A DNA stretch of 64,000 nucleotides from the NCBI RefSeq assembly GCF_964194155.1, contig NC_135902.1, positions 10,230,001 to 10,294,000 of the forward strand. The letters are read 5' to 3'. The DNA is from Cetorhinus maximus. Lineage: Eukaryota. Positions 35,844 to 47,330 of this stretch are shown here, piece by piece; the first letter of the stretch is position 1, and every line of letters starts with the position of its first letter. Both the position numbers and the translations under genes were made by a program. The notes beneath the pieces were generated by a model. That model saw only the letters and a list, made by a program, of their open reading frames with translations. It had not been told where the DNA came from and made no database searches.

Positions 35844-37130
35844 GTAAAACAAAAATACCTGGAAAAACTCAGCAGGTCTGACAGCATCTGCGTAGAGGAA
35901 CATAGTTAACGTTTCGAGTCCGTATGACTGTACATCAGAACCAACCATGTCCGGCCCATCTCCCGCGCATCCGCCCTCACACCTTCCTCTCCCTCCCAGA
36001 ACCATGATAGGGTCCCCCTTGTCCTCACTTATCATCCCACCTGCCTCCGCATTCAAAGGATCATCCTCAGCCATTTCCGCCAACTCCAGCATGATGCCAC
36101 CACCAAACACATCTTCCCTTCACCCCCCCCCAGCGGCATTCCGCAGGCATCGTTCCCTCCGGGACACCCTGGTCCACTCCTCAATCACCCTCTACACCTC
36201 AACCCCCTCCTACGGCACCTTGCCATGCAACCGCAGAAGGTGCAACACCTTCCCCTTTACTTCCCCTCTCACCGTCCAAGGGCCCAAACACTCCTTTCAA
36301 GTGAAGCAGCATTTCACTTGCACTTTCCTCAATTTACTCTACTGCATTTGCTGCTCCCAATGCGGTTTCCTCTACATTGGAGAGACCAAACACAGACTGG
36401 GTGACCGCTTTGCGGAACACCTTCGGTCTGTCTGCAAGCATGACCCAGACCTCCCTGTCGCTTGCCATTTCAACACTCCACCCTGCTCTCATGCCCACAT
36501 GTTCATCCTTGGCCTGCTGCATCGTTCCAGTGAAGCTCAACGCAAACTGGAGGAACAGCACCTCATCTTCCGACTAGGCACTTTACAGCCTTCCGGACTG
36601 AATACTGAGTTCAACAATTTTAGATCATGAACTCTCTCCTCCATCCCCACCCCCTTTCCAATCCCCCTTTTTTCCAATAATTTATATAGATTTTTCTTTT
36701 CCCACCTATTTCCATTATTTTTAAATGTATTTCCATCCATTGTTTTATCTTTGCCTTTTAGCCTATTTTGATCCCTTCCCCCCACCCCACCCCCACTAGG
36801 GCTATCTGTGCCTTTATTATCACATTCCTTAGATAATATCACCAGCTTCAACACCTCTTTGTCCTTTTGTGTATGACATCTTTTGGTTATCTCCACCTAT
36901 CACTGGCCCTCTATCCAGCTCTACCTGTCCCACCCCCCCCCCCCCGCCCCTTAAACCAGCTTATATTTCACCTCTTTTCTATTTTTCCTTAGTTCTGATG
37001 AAGAGTCATACGGACTCGAAACGTTAACTGTGTTCCTCTCCGCAGATGCTGTCAGTCCTGCTGAGTTTTTCCAGGTATTTTTGTTTTTGTTTTGGATTTC
37101 CAGCATCTGGAGTTTTTTGCTTTTATCCTA
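35844..37130 (+). mobile_element. Young 5'-truncated Penelope-like element: GIY-YIG ORF, inverted terminal repeat, hammerhead
   Basis: ORF 35947-36630 contains FTCTFLNLLYCICCSQCGFLYIGETKHRLGDRFAEHLRSV...EEQHLIFRLGTLQPSGLN. 35846-35929 is an inverted copy of 37004-37087. Flanking 12-bp direct repeat TTGATTATATAT. Confidence 0.92.
36991..37029 (+). ncRNA. Minimal type I hammerhead ribozyme
   Basis: AGUU CUGAUGA A GAGUC AUACG GACUC GAAAC GUU AACU: helix I AGUU/AACU, perfect core, 5-bp helix II, palindromic ACGU helix III. Confidence 0.85.
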
Positions 37131-38444
37131 TTGATTATATATATTCTTGTATATCTAATACAAAGATGTGTACACAGAGCATCTGTTTAAACAGTACTTC
37201 TGGAAACATTCAATTTGTATTGTGGCTTTTCAACAGTTACAAGAATTAACCTGTGAATGTAATTTGTTAATTTAACTAAGCAGAGGTAAATATTGGAGAC
37301 TTATATTGAAGAATATAAAATATTCTAATGCAAAACTAAACTACCAGGAAGGTATCTTTGGGAAATGGATCTGTCTGGCACAGTGAGCTAAGGTCTAGGA
37401 TAGTTACCATTTGAGATGATGTACGGAGGTCAGTCATACAGGCAAATTTCTAAGAAGTGATCTTAATTGTACAGAAGTAAGTGAAAGTAAATGTCATGTA
37501 AATTAAGCAGGACACTTGGCATCTCTCTATAATCTTTAACTATTTGTTTGGCTGGGATCAATTTTCTTTTAAGACTATTAAAAGGACGTGAATCGGTTTT
37601 TGGTAAAATAAGTTCACGACATTGTCCATGTTCCTTCGAACATTCCACACACTTTAGTACCTTTATCTTTGATGATGATTAAAGCACAATAAAATGAAAT
37701 GCTGTCTAGAATGTTTTCACGATATATCGGTCACCATATTTGAATGACATGGGCAGCAGTTTACAGTAACAAAACGTTCATAGCATTGACTGTCTAGCAA
37801 TGGTACATGAATAATAAGGGAACTATTACAGACATTTGATATGTAGAATAATTCTTCTATAGTCAAACTTGTATAGATTGGTGTTTTCTCAAAGTTTTGT
37901 ATTTCCCATAGAGCTTCTCAATTTAAATGGTCAATTTGACTGAAAATGAACAATCTAATTTGAAGATTAAAAATTTGACTTTTATATGTGAACATTTACA
38001 GAAATAAAAATTACAAATGTTCAAGGTCAGAAAAAAAACTATGACTCAGATATGTTGAGAATAACAGGGAGACTATAAGCACACCGTTATTATGGAGTAA
38101 ATTGGATAGTAACTTCCAGACTCCGCACATGCATGGTTAAATGGGAAAATTGATAAGTTGCGATCTGAGTTTTCCTGCTACTTTGCAGCCTGTACTATAA
38201 CAGCATCTCGCTGCGAGACTCAAATGAAGAATATGAGATTATTTTACTTACCCACTAATTACTCACGAAACGAGACAGAAAAAGATGGACGGTTGAGTTC
38301 AGGTGTAAGTGATTCTTTTAATGGCTTAATAATTAGTCATGATTATTGCCATGGTACTCTGGCAACGGAAATTTAATTTTAGAAGTGTGCAATCTCATTC
38401 CTTCAGAGTTTAATATGTGTTGGAAATTTAAAAATCAAATTAGT

Positions 38445-40395
38445 GGCCCAGATCTTCCAGACACGCAACCCAAGTTGCCCGTCGGGATTCGCACAAGTCC
38501 CAACGTGCTGACCTCCCTGAGAATTGCCTGGGAAGTTTGAACTTCGACAGGTAATTCCCCTGCTCCCCAGGACCCTCCACGAATGTCTCTGATTCAATTT
38601 CAGACAGTGCCTTGGGACTTAACTGGATAGTTGCCCATTTTAGACTGAAGAATCCTAGTCTAACTCTTGGGTAACTACAGAACTGACTCCCCGCCCCCCG
38701 ATCACTCACACAGACCCCCCAACCCAACCTGACTACTCCGACTATCCTATAAACAAATCTGACTAGCCCCTGACCTGACTACCCCTCCTGTCCTGACTAC
38801 CCTGACCCATCTGCCACTCTACCCACTTACCTCACTCACCCAATCCACTTACCCCACCCACCTACCACCCTACCCATTCACTAAATCATCCACTCACCCA
38901 TTCATGAACATTCACCAATGTTCTCACAGGAAGTTATAGATGGGATGGTTAAAAGGGCAGATAAGTGGCAGATGGAATTTAACCCTGAAAAGTGTGAGGT
39001 GATACACTTTGGAAGAAGTAATTTGACAAGGAAGTATTCAATGAACGGCATGACACTAGGAAGTTCTGAGGAACAAAGGGACCTTGGTGTGTCTGTCCAT
39101 AGATCTCTGAAGGCAGAGGGGCATGTTAGTGGGGTGGTGAAAAATGCATATGGGACACTTGCCTTTATCAGTCAAGGCATAGATTACAAAAGTAGGGAGG
39201 TCATGTTGGAGTTGTATAGAACCTTAGTGAGGCCACAGCTGGAGTACTGTGTGCAGTTCTGGGATTATAGGAAGGATGTGATTGCACTGGAGGGGGTGCA
39301 GAGGAGATTCACCAGGATGTTGCCTGGGATGAAACATTTAAGTTATGAAGAGAGGTTGTTTAGACTTGGGTTGTTTTTGTTGGAGCAGAGAAGACCAAGA
39401 GGCGACCTGATCGAGGTGTACAACAATATGAGGGGCATGGACAGGGTGGATAGGGAGCTGCTGTTCCCCTTAGCTGAAGGGTCAGTCACGAGGGGACATA
39501 ATTTCAAGGTGAGGGGCAGGAGGTTTAGGGGTCCTATGCTTTTATCAATTGAGGCATAGATTACAAAAGTAGGGAAGTCATGATGGAGTTGTATAGAACC
39601 TTGGTGAGGCCACAGCTGGAGTACTGTGTGCTGTTCCAGTTGCCACATTATAGGAAGGATGTGATTGCACTGGAGGGGGTGCAGAGGAGATTCACCAGGA
39701 TGTTGCCTGGGATGAAACATTTAAGTTATGAAGAAAGGTTGGATAGACTTGGGTTGTTTTCGTTGGAGCAGAGAAGACTGAGGGGGTGACCCAATCGAGG
39801 TGTACAGGATTATGAGGGACATGGACAGGGTGGATAGGGAGCAGCTGTTCCCCTTAGTTGAAGGATCAGTCACAAGGGGACATAAGTTCAAAGTGAGGGG
39901 CAGGAGGTTTAGGGGAGATGTGAGGAAAAACTTTTTACCCAGAGGGTGGTGACGGTCTGGAATGTGCTGCCTGGGAGGGTGGTGGAGGTGGGTTGCTTCA
40001 CATCCTTTAAAAAGTACCTGGATGAGCACTTGGCACGTCATAACATTCAAGGCTATGGGCCAAGCGCTGGTAAATGGGATTAGGTAGGTAGGTCAGGTGT
40101 TTCTCACGTGTTGGTGCAGACTCGATGGGCCGAAGGGCCTCTTCTGCACTGTGTGATTCTGTGATATTTAAATTTATCATACAGCAGCTAGTGCTGTAAA
40201 AAGTGAGCATGTCTTGTCTTGCACCTGATGCTACAGCACTGTGATGGAGCTCTCTAATCGATCTGTGCTCAGCATTTCTGGAGAAGCTGGGTTTGGAAGA
40301 CCCAGCAAGAAATGTGGAGCAGTAATCTAGGCGTGGAAAAATTCGAGCGGAGTGGTAATCTGGCAATGATTGCCGCTTTGTGGAAGATCTAGTTC
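38445..40395. mobile_element. Non-autonomous DNA transposon (TIR GGCCCAGATCTTCCA) interrupted by CR1
   Basis: Ends GGCCCAGATCTTCCA / TGGAAGATCTAGTTC. Internal sequence is homologous in inverted orientation to 62650-63817. Confidence 0.7.
38925..40166 (+). mobile_element. CR1 LINE 3' region with ~375-bp internal tandem duplication
   Basis: ADKWQMEFNPEKCEVIHFG...LYRTLVRPQLEYCVQFW. The segment GIDYKS...RGRRFRG occurs twice. Confidence 0.93.
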
Positions 40396-40829
40396 AATAG
40401 TTTTTTTTTACTTTCTGCCTCTTATCTCTCTCTTAACCCCATCTTTCCTTGCCTCTTTTTATTTAGCTTTCTGTACATGATTTAAATCTAATTAATACTT
40501 CCTGGTTTATATTTTTAGTTTAGGCTCTGCGTGTCCCAATGTGGGGATTCTTAAATCTGATTGGTTGAAGAGCCTCAGTATTGCTTCCTCCATTCATACT
40601 GGTCCCAGATCCCCTGTCGGGAGCACCACGCTGGATCAGATGTTGAGTGACAGTGTGTTGTTCACTAGTCCGCAAAATCTCTGTGGGCAGCTGTCAATAT
40701 AGGGAATGGTGAGCACTGTTCCTTCACTGCTGAAAGCAAAGTCTGGGCCCTTAAGTTTTTAATGTACATTAATGCAGACAAGGCCATGATACCCACCATT
40801 TTATTATTAGTCAAATGGTTAGTGGGGAC

Positions 40830-42340
40830 CAAGCAGACTGAAGTATCACAATCTATAACCAACTCAGAAGGCTGCCATGCCCAAAGTGTAGCTCCAAGAG
40901 CACAAATGCAGGGCAGAAAAAAGTTCAACAATCTGATGCGAGTTATCAAATGTGAGTATATTCATCTTCAGATGGCATATCCCACCAAATGCACTAGCCT
41001 CATGCACTGCTTAATTCACTACACTTCCATCACTCACCAGCAACCTCTATAAGTGCACAATCCTAGAATTCACACACCCTACTGCACCTTCACTTAGCAC
41101 TCTTTCAAGCCTCACATAAAAGCTCAGACTAACTGGCAGCTATTTCACCATGAATGCCACAATAACCAAACATACTGTGTATCATTCACTGTCACACTTT
41201 ACCTTTTCTTGCAGGACAATCGCACAACAAAAACTTAAATTGTAAGCAAGTAATTTGAAGTAACCAGCCATTTAAAAGATGCAGCTGAAAATGTAAGGTG
41301 GTTTAATTAAAAGTGAACATTTAAAAATTTAAGTTCTAATCAAAATTGTAACAGAGACCAAGACGTCTCCAACTGACCCATGGCTGTGATAGGACCGGAT
41401 TCATAAGCAAAACCTTGTAATTCTTCCAGGTTAATGAAGTCTACATTTATTGTGTGATTAGATTGTTACAGAGTTAGAGGTGGGAACTGCTGAGCCCTAC
41501 TCAATCCTGCAGCTTTAAATTTTAAATCTGCCAATGAGCAATGCCGCTTTCAAGTTTGGACTTCATTACCATTTTATTGGTGAGCTACGGGTGGCAAACA
41601 GGTGCCCCACTGAAGCTTGGCAGTTTCTCAAGTTAGAAATCAGACAACTTCAACATGCAGCCAGTCAGTGGGTAAGGCTTATATGGGGGATGGAAGCAAT
41701 TGAAGTAGAATTGCAAAAATGAGCCACCAGCCAGCTAGGTTTACGTGGGAACCAGAGGAGCATGCTTGCTTTTCTACAGAAAGCTCTTTAAAAAACACTT
41801 ACCTTTGGAGAGACCGCCATCAGCATCTTTCAGGTTTGTCGATTAGGTTCCTTAATGGTTAAAGAAATTGTACTGCCATTTGATATGCTTATTCCAACCA
41901 CTTCTCTTTGAAAATTGTAATTTGGGTTCTTAAACAAGTGTGAGATACTGATTTGCACATCTAAACAGCCTCCTGTCTTTTTCACGACGGAGCACCCATT
42001 TAAAGGCTTAAAGTTGATTCAGGTGGACAAATGGGTGCACAAAGTTCTCTGATAATGCGCCGGAGGCTTTGGAGGACAAAGTGGAATGGAGACATGTTCA
42101 TATTTGTAGGGGGCAGGAGGCCCTCCAGACATATTCTCAGGAGGTAGTGGGAAGAAGTAGTGGCAAGTGTCAATGCTCGGAATGTTTCCCCTCAAACATG
42201 GATTCAGCGCAGGAAGACATTTAATGACCTTACACAAGTTGTCAAGGTGAGTGACTGCACCTTCAAATGCAATATCCTACCAACTGCACCAATAGGCCTC
42301 ATCCATTGCTCAATTGACTACACCCAATCATTCATTTACC
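40830..42340 (+). pseudogene. Fragments of Harbinger Myb/SANT-like gene
   Basis: AQSVAPRAQMQGRKKFNNLMRVIK (about 40880-40950) and ASVNARNVSPQTWIQRRKTFNDLTQVVK|gtgagt (42160-42246). Confidence 0.7.
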
Positions 42341-44494
42341 AATAATTAGTCATTCTTTTCAGTGATTGCTGCCAGCAGCTCCCTGCACTGTTCAATAGCT
42401 GCAGACGTCAGCAGGGTGTGCCCAGTATCACAAGAAGCTAATAGTACTTTAAGGCAACCTGAACCCATTAAAGGGGAGGTGCATTGTTGCTGCAAGAACT
42501 GGTGAGTGGTCAATCTGGATTGTGATACTTGCAGCAATTGCAGCCAAAGTTTCAGGCAATGCATTGTAGGCTTTAGGGGAGGCAGAAGGTGAAAATATGG
42601 AGAGTCATGCTGTGTCGACTGGGGAGCTTGGGGTCCTGCAGGCATATATTCAGGAGGCTGTAAGAACAAATAGTGGTGAAAGTTAATGCCAAAAGTGTAG
42701 CTCCAAGAACAATGTGCAGGGCAGGAAAAAGTTCAAAAACTTGACATGAATTGTCAAAATGAGTGAGTTTATCTGCAAATGGTGAATCCCATTAAATGCA
42801 CTGCTAACCTTCACTGCTCAATTCGCTACACTTCGATCTGTTACCTACCAGCAAATTCTATCAAACAGTACTCAGCCCTAACATTCATATACTTTACTTC
42901 ACCCTCACACATGCAGCACTGTTGCAAGCCTCATACTAACAGCTCAAACAAACTGGAACTATTGCACCAAGACAGTCACATTGCTCAAACATATTGTGTA
43001 ACATTCACTTGACACTCCCTTTCCTTCAGGAGAAGGTGGTGTATAAGAGGAGGTGGCAGAAAAGGACAGGAAGAGGGAAAGTGTGCCTGCACGTTTTACC
43101 ACCCATGGAAGAAACAGTGCTGGCCATCATGGGAAACCATGGCCCCAGATACATACCTATCTGCCTATCTAATCCCCCTTCTCTCATCCCACTTCTCCAT
43201 GGTTCCTCTGTGTGAGAAGCTACATAGGCTGTAAACACACACTCCTTACTTTCTCCTCCCCCTTTACAACAACTCAACAGTTGGGCGGAGTTTAATTGAT
43301 GCAGGTTCAGCCCACTGGTTCCCTTACCAGTGGGAAACCTGCATCACTTCTGAGGGGGAGGCCCGACCAGTGCCTGTCAGGCACGTAACTGGCTAGTGCC
43401 CCAAGACTTATGACCCTGGGGTCAGAAATTCCAGCCTCCCCCAGGAGAAATGCCGATCAATCAGAGGCTGATAGCTCTCTGGCACTGATAGCTGCCGCCA
43501 GTAATGTGTCAAGGAGAGGCCTAGGATTGCCAAGGGACCCAGGCCACTGGCGAGTGAGGGTGGGATGAAGGGACACGGAGGGCGGGGTGGTTGAGGAAGG
43601 AATCAGAGGCAAGGGCAGGGGGAAAGTTTTCAGTGGCCACGCACCTGCCTGATGCTGAGTCCCTCAAAAGAGGGACTCGCCAAGAAGCCATGCCCCTGCA
43701 TGTAATTCCATGAGCCACCAATAAATTCTGGCAGGCTCAGGGATAATTGATGTCGATTGGTTCAGTAATGAATCTTAATTGACAACCTGCTGTAAAAGGC
43801 AAATTTCCCCCATTGGCAATTCTGCCTCCAACTTAATCATGAGAGGCTTTCCTGTCGTTGGGAGACAGGAGTTTAGCCTCTTCTGTGAATTAGTGAGACC
43901 AGCTGCCATGTTTTCTGCCATGACAGGTTGCATTAAATCCAGCTCCTTGTCTCTTTTTAATTTCAGATACCCAAGAACTAAGCTTCTCACTTAGAGGAGG
44001 AAGAAGGGGAAAACCGTGAAGAAGAGAAATTCTTTTCGATCCCTTCCTCCCCACCATCAGCTAAGAGATTGACGCCGTGGGTATTCTAGAGGGACGGATA
44101 GAGGAGGGGACTGCACGTGATGGGACATTGGGCACAAGTTCCCGGGAGCCAGAGTGAGGTGAAAGGATAACTCAGTGGTCAGCTCACCGGAGGGGCAAGG
44201 TCACACACTGGCGAAGCAGCAGGAGGCTCAGAGGAGGACTTTGATGGCACAGGTTGCAGAAGAACAAATGCTTGGTACATTTTTTTTCAGCTTTTTGGCA
44301 GGCTTTCCAATGGCAAGGTGCATGGAGGAGTTCAACTTGGCGCAGGGCCTTGCCTGGAGCTTGGGCACCATCCTTCTCAAATGTCATACCTGTGGAACCC
44401 ACCAATGATGCATAGTCTGCTGACTGATGGCTCAGCTTCCATTGCAGCATAAGCAGCTTCCAGCAAAGCTTTGGGTGTGTAGTGTCAGGTCCGA

Positions 44495-45745
44495 CTGTCA
44501 GAGTTCTTTGAGGAAGTAACATGTGCTGTGGATAAAGGGGAACCAGTGGCTGAACTATTCTTAGATTTCCAGAAAGTATTTGAGAAAGTGTCACATCAAA
44601 GGTTATTGCAAAAAATAAAAGCTCATGATGTAAAGGGTAACATATTGGCACGGATAGAAGATTGGCTGGCCAACAGGAAGCAGAGAGTAGGCATAAATGG
44701 ATCTTTTTGAGGTTGGCAAGGTGTAACAAGTGCTGCCTCACAGGGATCAGTGCTGGGACCTCAACTGTTTACAATTTATATAAATGACTTGGATGAAGGG
44801 ATGGATGGGATGGTTGCCAAATTTGCTAATGACACAAAGACAGGTAGGAAAATAAATTATGAAGAGGACATAAGGAGGTGACAAATAGATATAAAATAGG
44901 TTAAGTGAGTGGGCAAAGATCTGGCAAATGGAGTATAATGTGAGCAAACTTGAAATTGCCCATTTTGACAGGAAGAATAAAAGAGAAGCTTATTATCTAA
45001 ATGGTGAGAGATTGCAGAGCTCTGAGGCACAGAGAGATCTGGTGTCTTAGTGCATGAATTGCAAAAGGTTAGGATGCAGGTACAGCAGGTAATTAGGAAA
45101 GCTAATAGAATGTTATCATTTATTGCGAGGGGAATTAAATACAAAAGTAGGGAGGTTATGCTTCAGTTATACAAGGCACCGGTGAGACCACATCTGGAGT
45201 ACTCTGTACAGTATTGGTCACCTTTAAGGAAGGATGTAAATGCTTTGGAAGCAGTTCAGAGAAGGTTTACCAGACTAATACCTGGAATGGGCGGATTATC
45301 TTATGAGGAAAGGTTGGACAGGTTAGGCTTGCGTCCGCTGGAGTTTAGAAGATTAAGAGGCGATTTGATTCAAAGATTTAAGATCCTGAGAGGTCTTGAT
45401 AGCGTGGATGTGGAGAGGATGTTTCCTCTTGTGGGAGAATCTATAACTAGGGGTCACTGTTTGAAAATAAGGGGTCGCCCATTTAAAACGGAGATGAGGC
45501 GAAATGGTTTCTCTCAGAGGGTTGTGTGTCTTTGGAACTCTTTTCCTTAAAAGGCGGTGGAAGCAGAGTCTTTGAATATTTTTAAGGCAGAAATGGATAA
45601 ATCCTTGGTAAGCAAGGGGGTGATAAGTTATCGGGGGTAGGTGGGATGCAGGTTTTGAGGTTACTATCAGATCAGCCATGATCTTATTAAATGGCAGAGC
45701 AGGCTCGAGGGGCCGAATGGTCACTGCTCCCTGTCATATGTTTGT
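44495..45745 (+). mobile_element. CR1 LINE RT/3' fragment nested in Harbinger 1
   Basis: LDFQKVFEKVSHQRLLQK, QGSVLGPQLFTIYINDL, KFANDTK, LYKAPVRPHLEYSVQYWSP. Confidence 0.93.
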
Positions 45746-46499
45746 AATACTTCTGCCATCATGGCTCATGGACACCAAGGCTTCACAACAGTCCAGAAAT
45801 CTGTTCTCCAGTAGATTAACAGGATTGCTGACTGCCATCCTGTGAACGTGACAGCAGTTCCAAGGAGCACAAGCCTACTGTCCTCTCTCAGGATGACAGC
45901 ATTCATGCTCCCACCCCTGAGACACAACCATTGCCTCTGCTGTTGCCTGTCATCCAGCCAGGCCAGACTACTGCAAACCACATCAACATAATGCAGTTCT
46001 GAAGCTGGACCTTCTAGGCCTAGAGCTGCTCAAGGTCATCCTCCAAGGCCATCTGGAGTTTCCTCAATTGAAGATCACCCATTCCACAGCCACTGGGGTA
46101 GCACCTTGTAGGAACATTATGAAAGAGAAAGGCACGTGGAAGAGGCATTAAGGGAATACACGGGTGATTATTTTCATATGCATTATGTCATATTGAATTT
46201 ATAAAATCGGATTAGATTGTGCATTTTCTGTTGCTTTCCACTTTTCTGCTGTTGGAAAGAGGAAAATGTAATGGTCAGCGATAGAGGAAACGTAAGGAAT
46301 GTTGGGACTGTTGCTGAATGGGGCGATGTGGTGGAGGTTACCAGTAGGGACCATAAATTATTTGGTCACATAAAGCCTGTGCAGAAAGGGGCTGTCTACA
46401 TTGTATCTCCTTGTTTCTCCATTTCCTGTTGCACTTCCTCCTTCACTCTTTCCTCCTGTTCCCACTCCTCAGATTCTTGCCTAATAGGTGGCACTGATG

Positions 46500-47330
46500 G
46501 TGTGCTCTAGAATGTCCCTTGTTGCAGCCCGGTGTGCGCATGTGTGTGGGTTCGGGACCAGAATCATGAGTCATGTCATGAGTAAATAACACTCGTCATT
46601 CAGTAACCAGCTTTTGACCTACCATGGTGGGTCAAATGCAACTGGCACAGGTGACTGCTGCAGAATGAAGGAATCATGACTACTGCCAAGTTCATAGGAA
46701 TTCACCTGCATGATGCACTGCCTGTGTTCACAAACAAGCTGCACGTTGAGGGAGTGGAATACTTTCGCTTCAGGAAAATGGCAAAGATCACATGAGGGGC
46801 ACACAAAACAACGTACATGCAAACTGTGTACCCTGCACTACGGGGAAGCCTGCAACCTAAGCAAACCCTTAAGCTCACTCAGCCAGCTTGTATTTGGCAA
46901 GAGGGAATGAGATGAAACTGTCTTAGCACAGAGAGTCTCAGTGACCATCCTTATGCAGCAGCGCACTACAAATTGCAAGATGTAACTTATATCTACAGCA
47001 GCAGCCTGGAAGGAGTCAGGCGCATAGAAGTTCAAAGCCAGCCTCACCTTGACAGGCACTGGCTCTGCTGTCCTTGTCCTGCTTTGAGATTGCAGATGTG
47101 GCTGCAGCAGTTGGCAGATTTTAGCCATGACCTCTTGAGTGAAACAAAGATATCTTAAGTGAGGTGTTGCTAAAGTTGAGGTAAGAAAACTGCTCTCTAA
47201 AAACCCTCTGCAGAAAAGACCTCTTACATAGAGCCCTTCTCCTCTTCCTCCTCCTCCCTCTTCTACCAGCATGCCCTGCTCTGTGTGACCTCTTTTGATT
47301 CTTGGTGTCAATTCCAAGGGAAGTCAGCTC
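46500..47330 (-). pseudogene. HARBI1-like DDE transposase remnant
   Basis: YLCFTQEVMAKICQLLQPHLQSQSRTRTAEPVPVKVRLALNFYAPDSFQAAAVDISYILQFVVRCCIRMVT and FHSLNVQLVCEHRQCIMQVN..LGSSHDSFILQQS, with frameshifts and deletions. Confidence 0.85.

Noticed and set aside
35947-36630. Stand-alone GIY-YIG nuclease gene
   Set aside because: It is the 3' part of a truncated Penelope-like ORF. The N-terminal portion is out-of-frame element sequence and there is no RT.
38918-39789. 213-aa and 69-aa ORFs as host genes
   Set aside because: These are CR1 ORF2 C-terminal remnants.
46500-47330. Domesticated HARBI1 host gene
   Set aside because: Frameshifts, deletions and the transposon context (paired Myb gene, terminal repeat) indicate a dead element.
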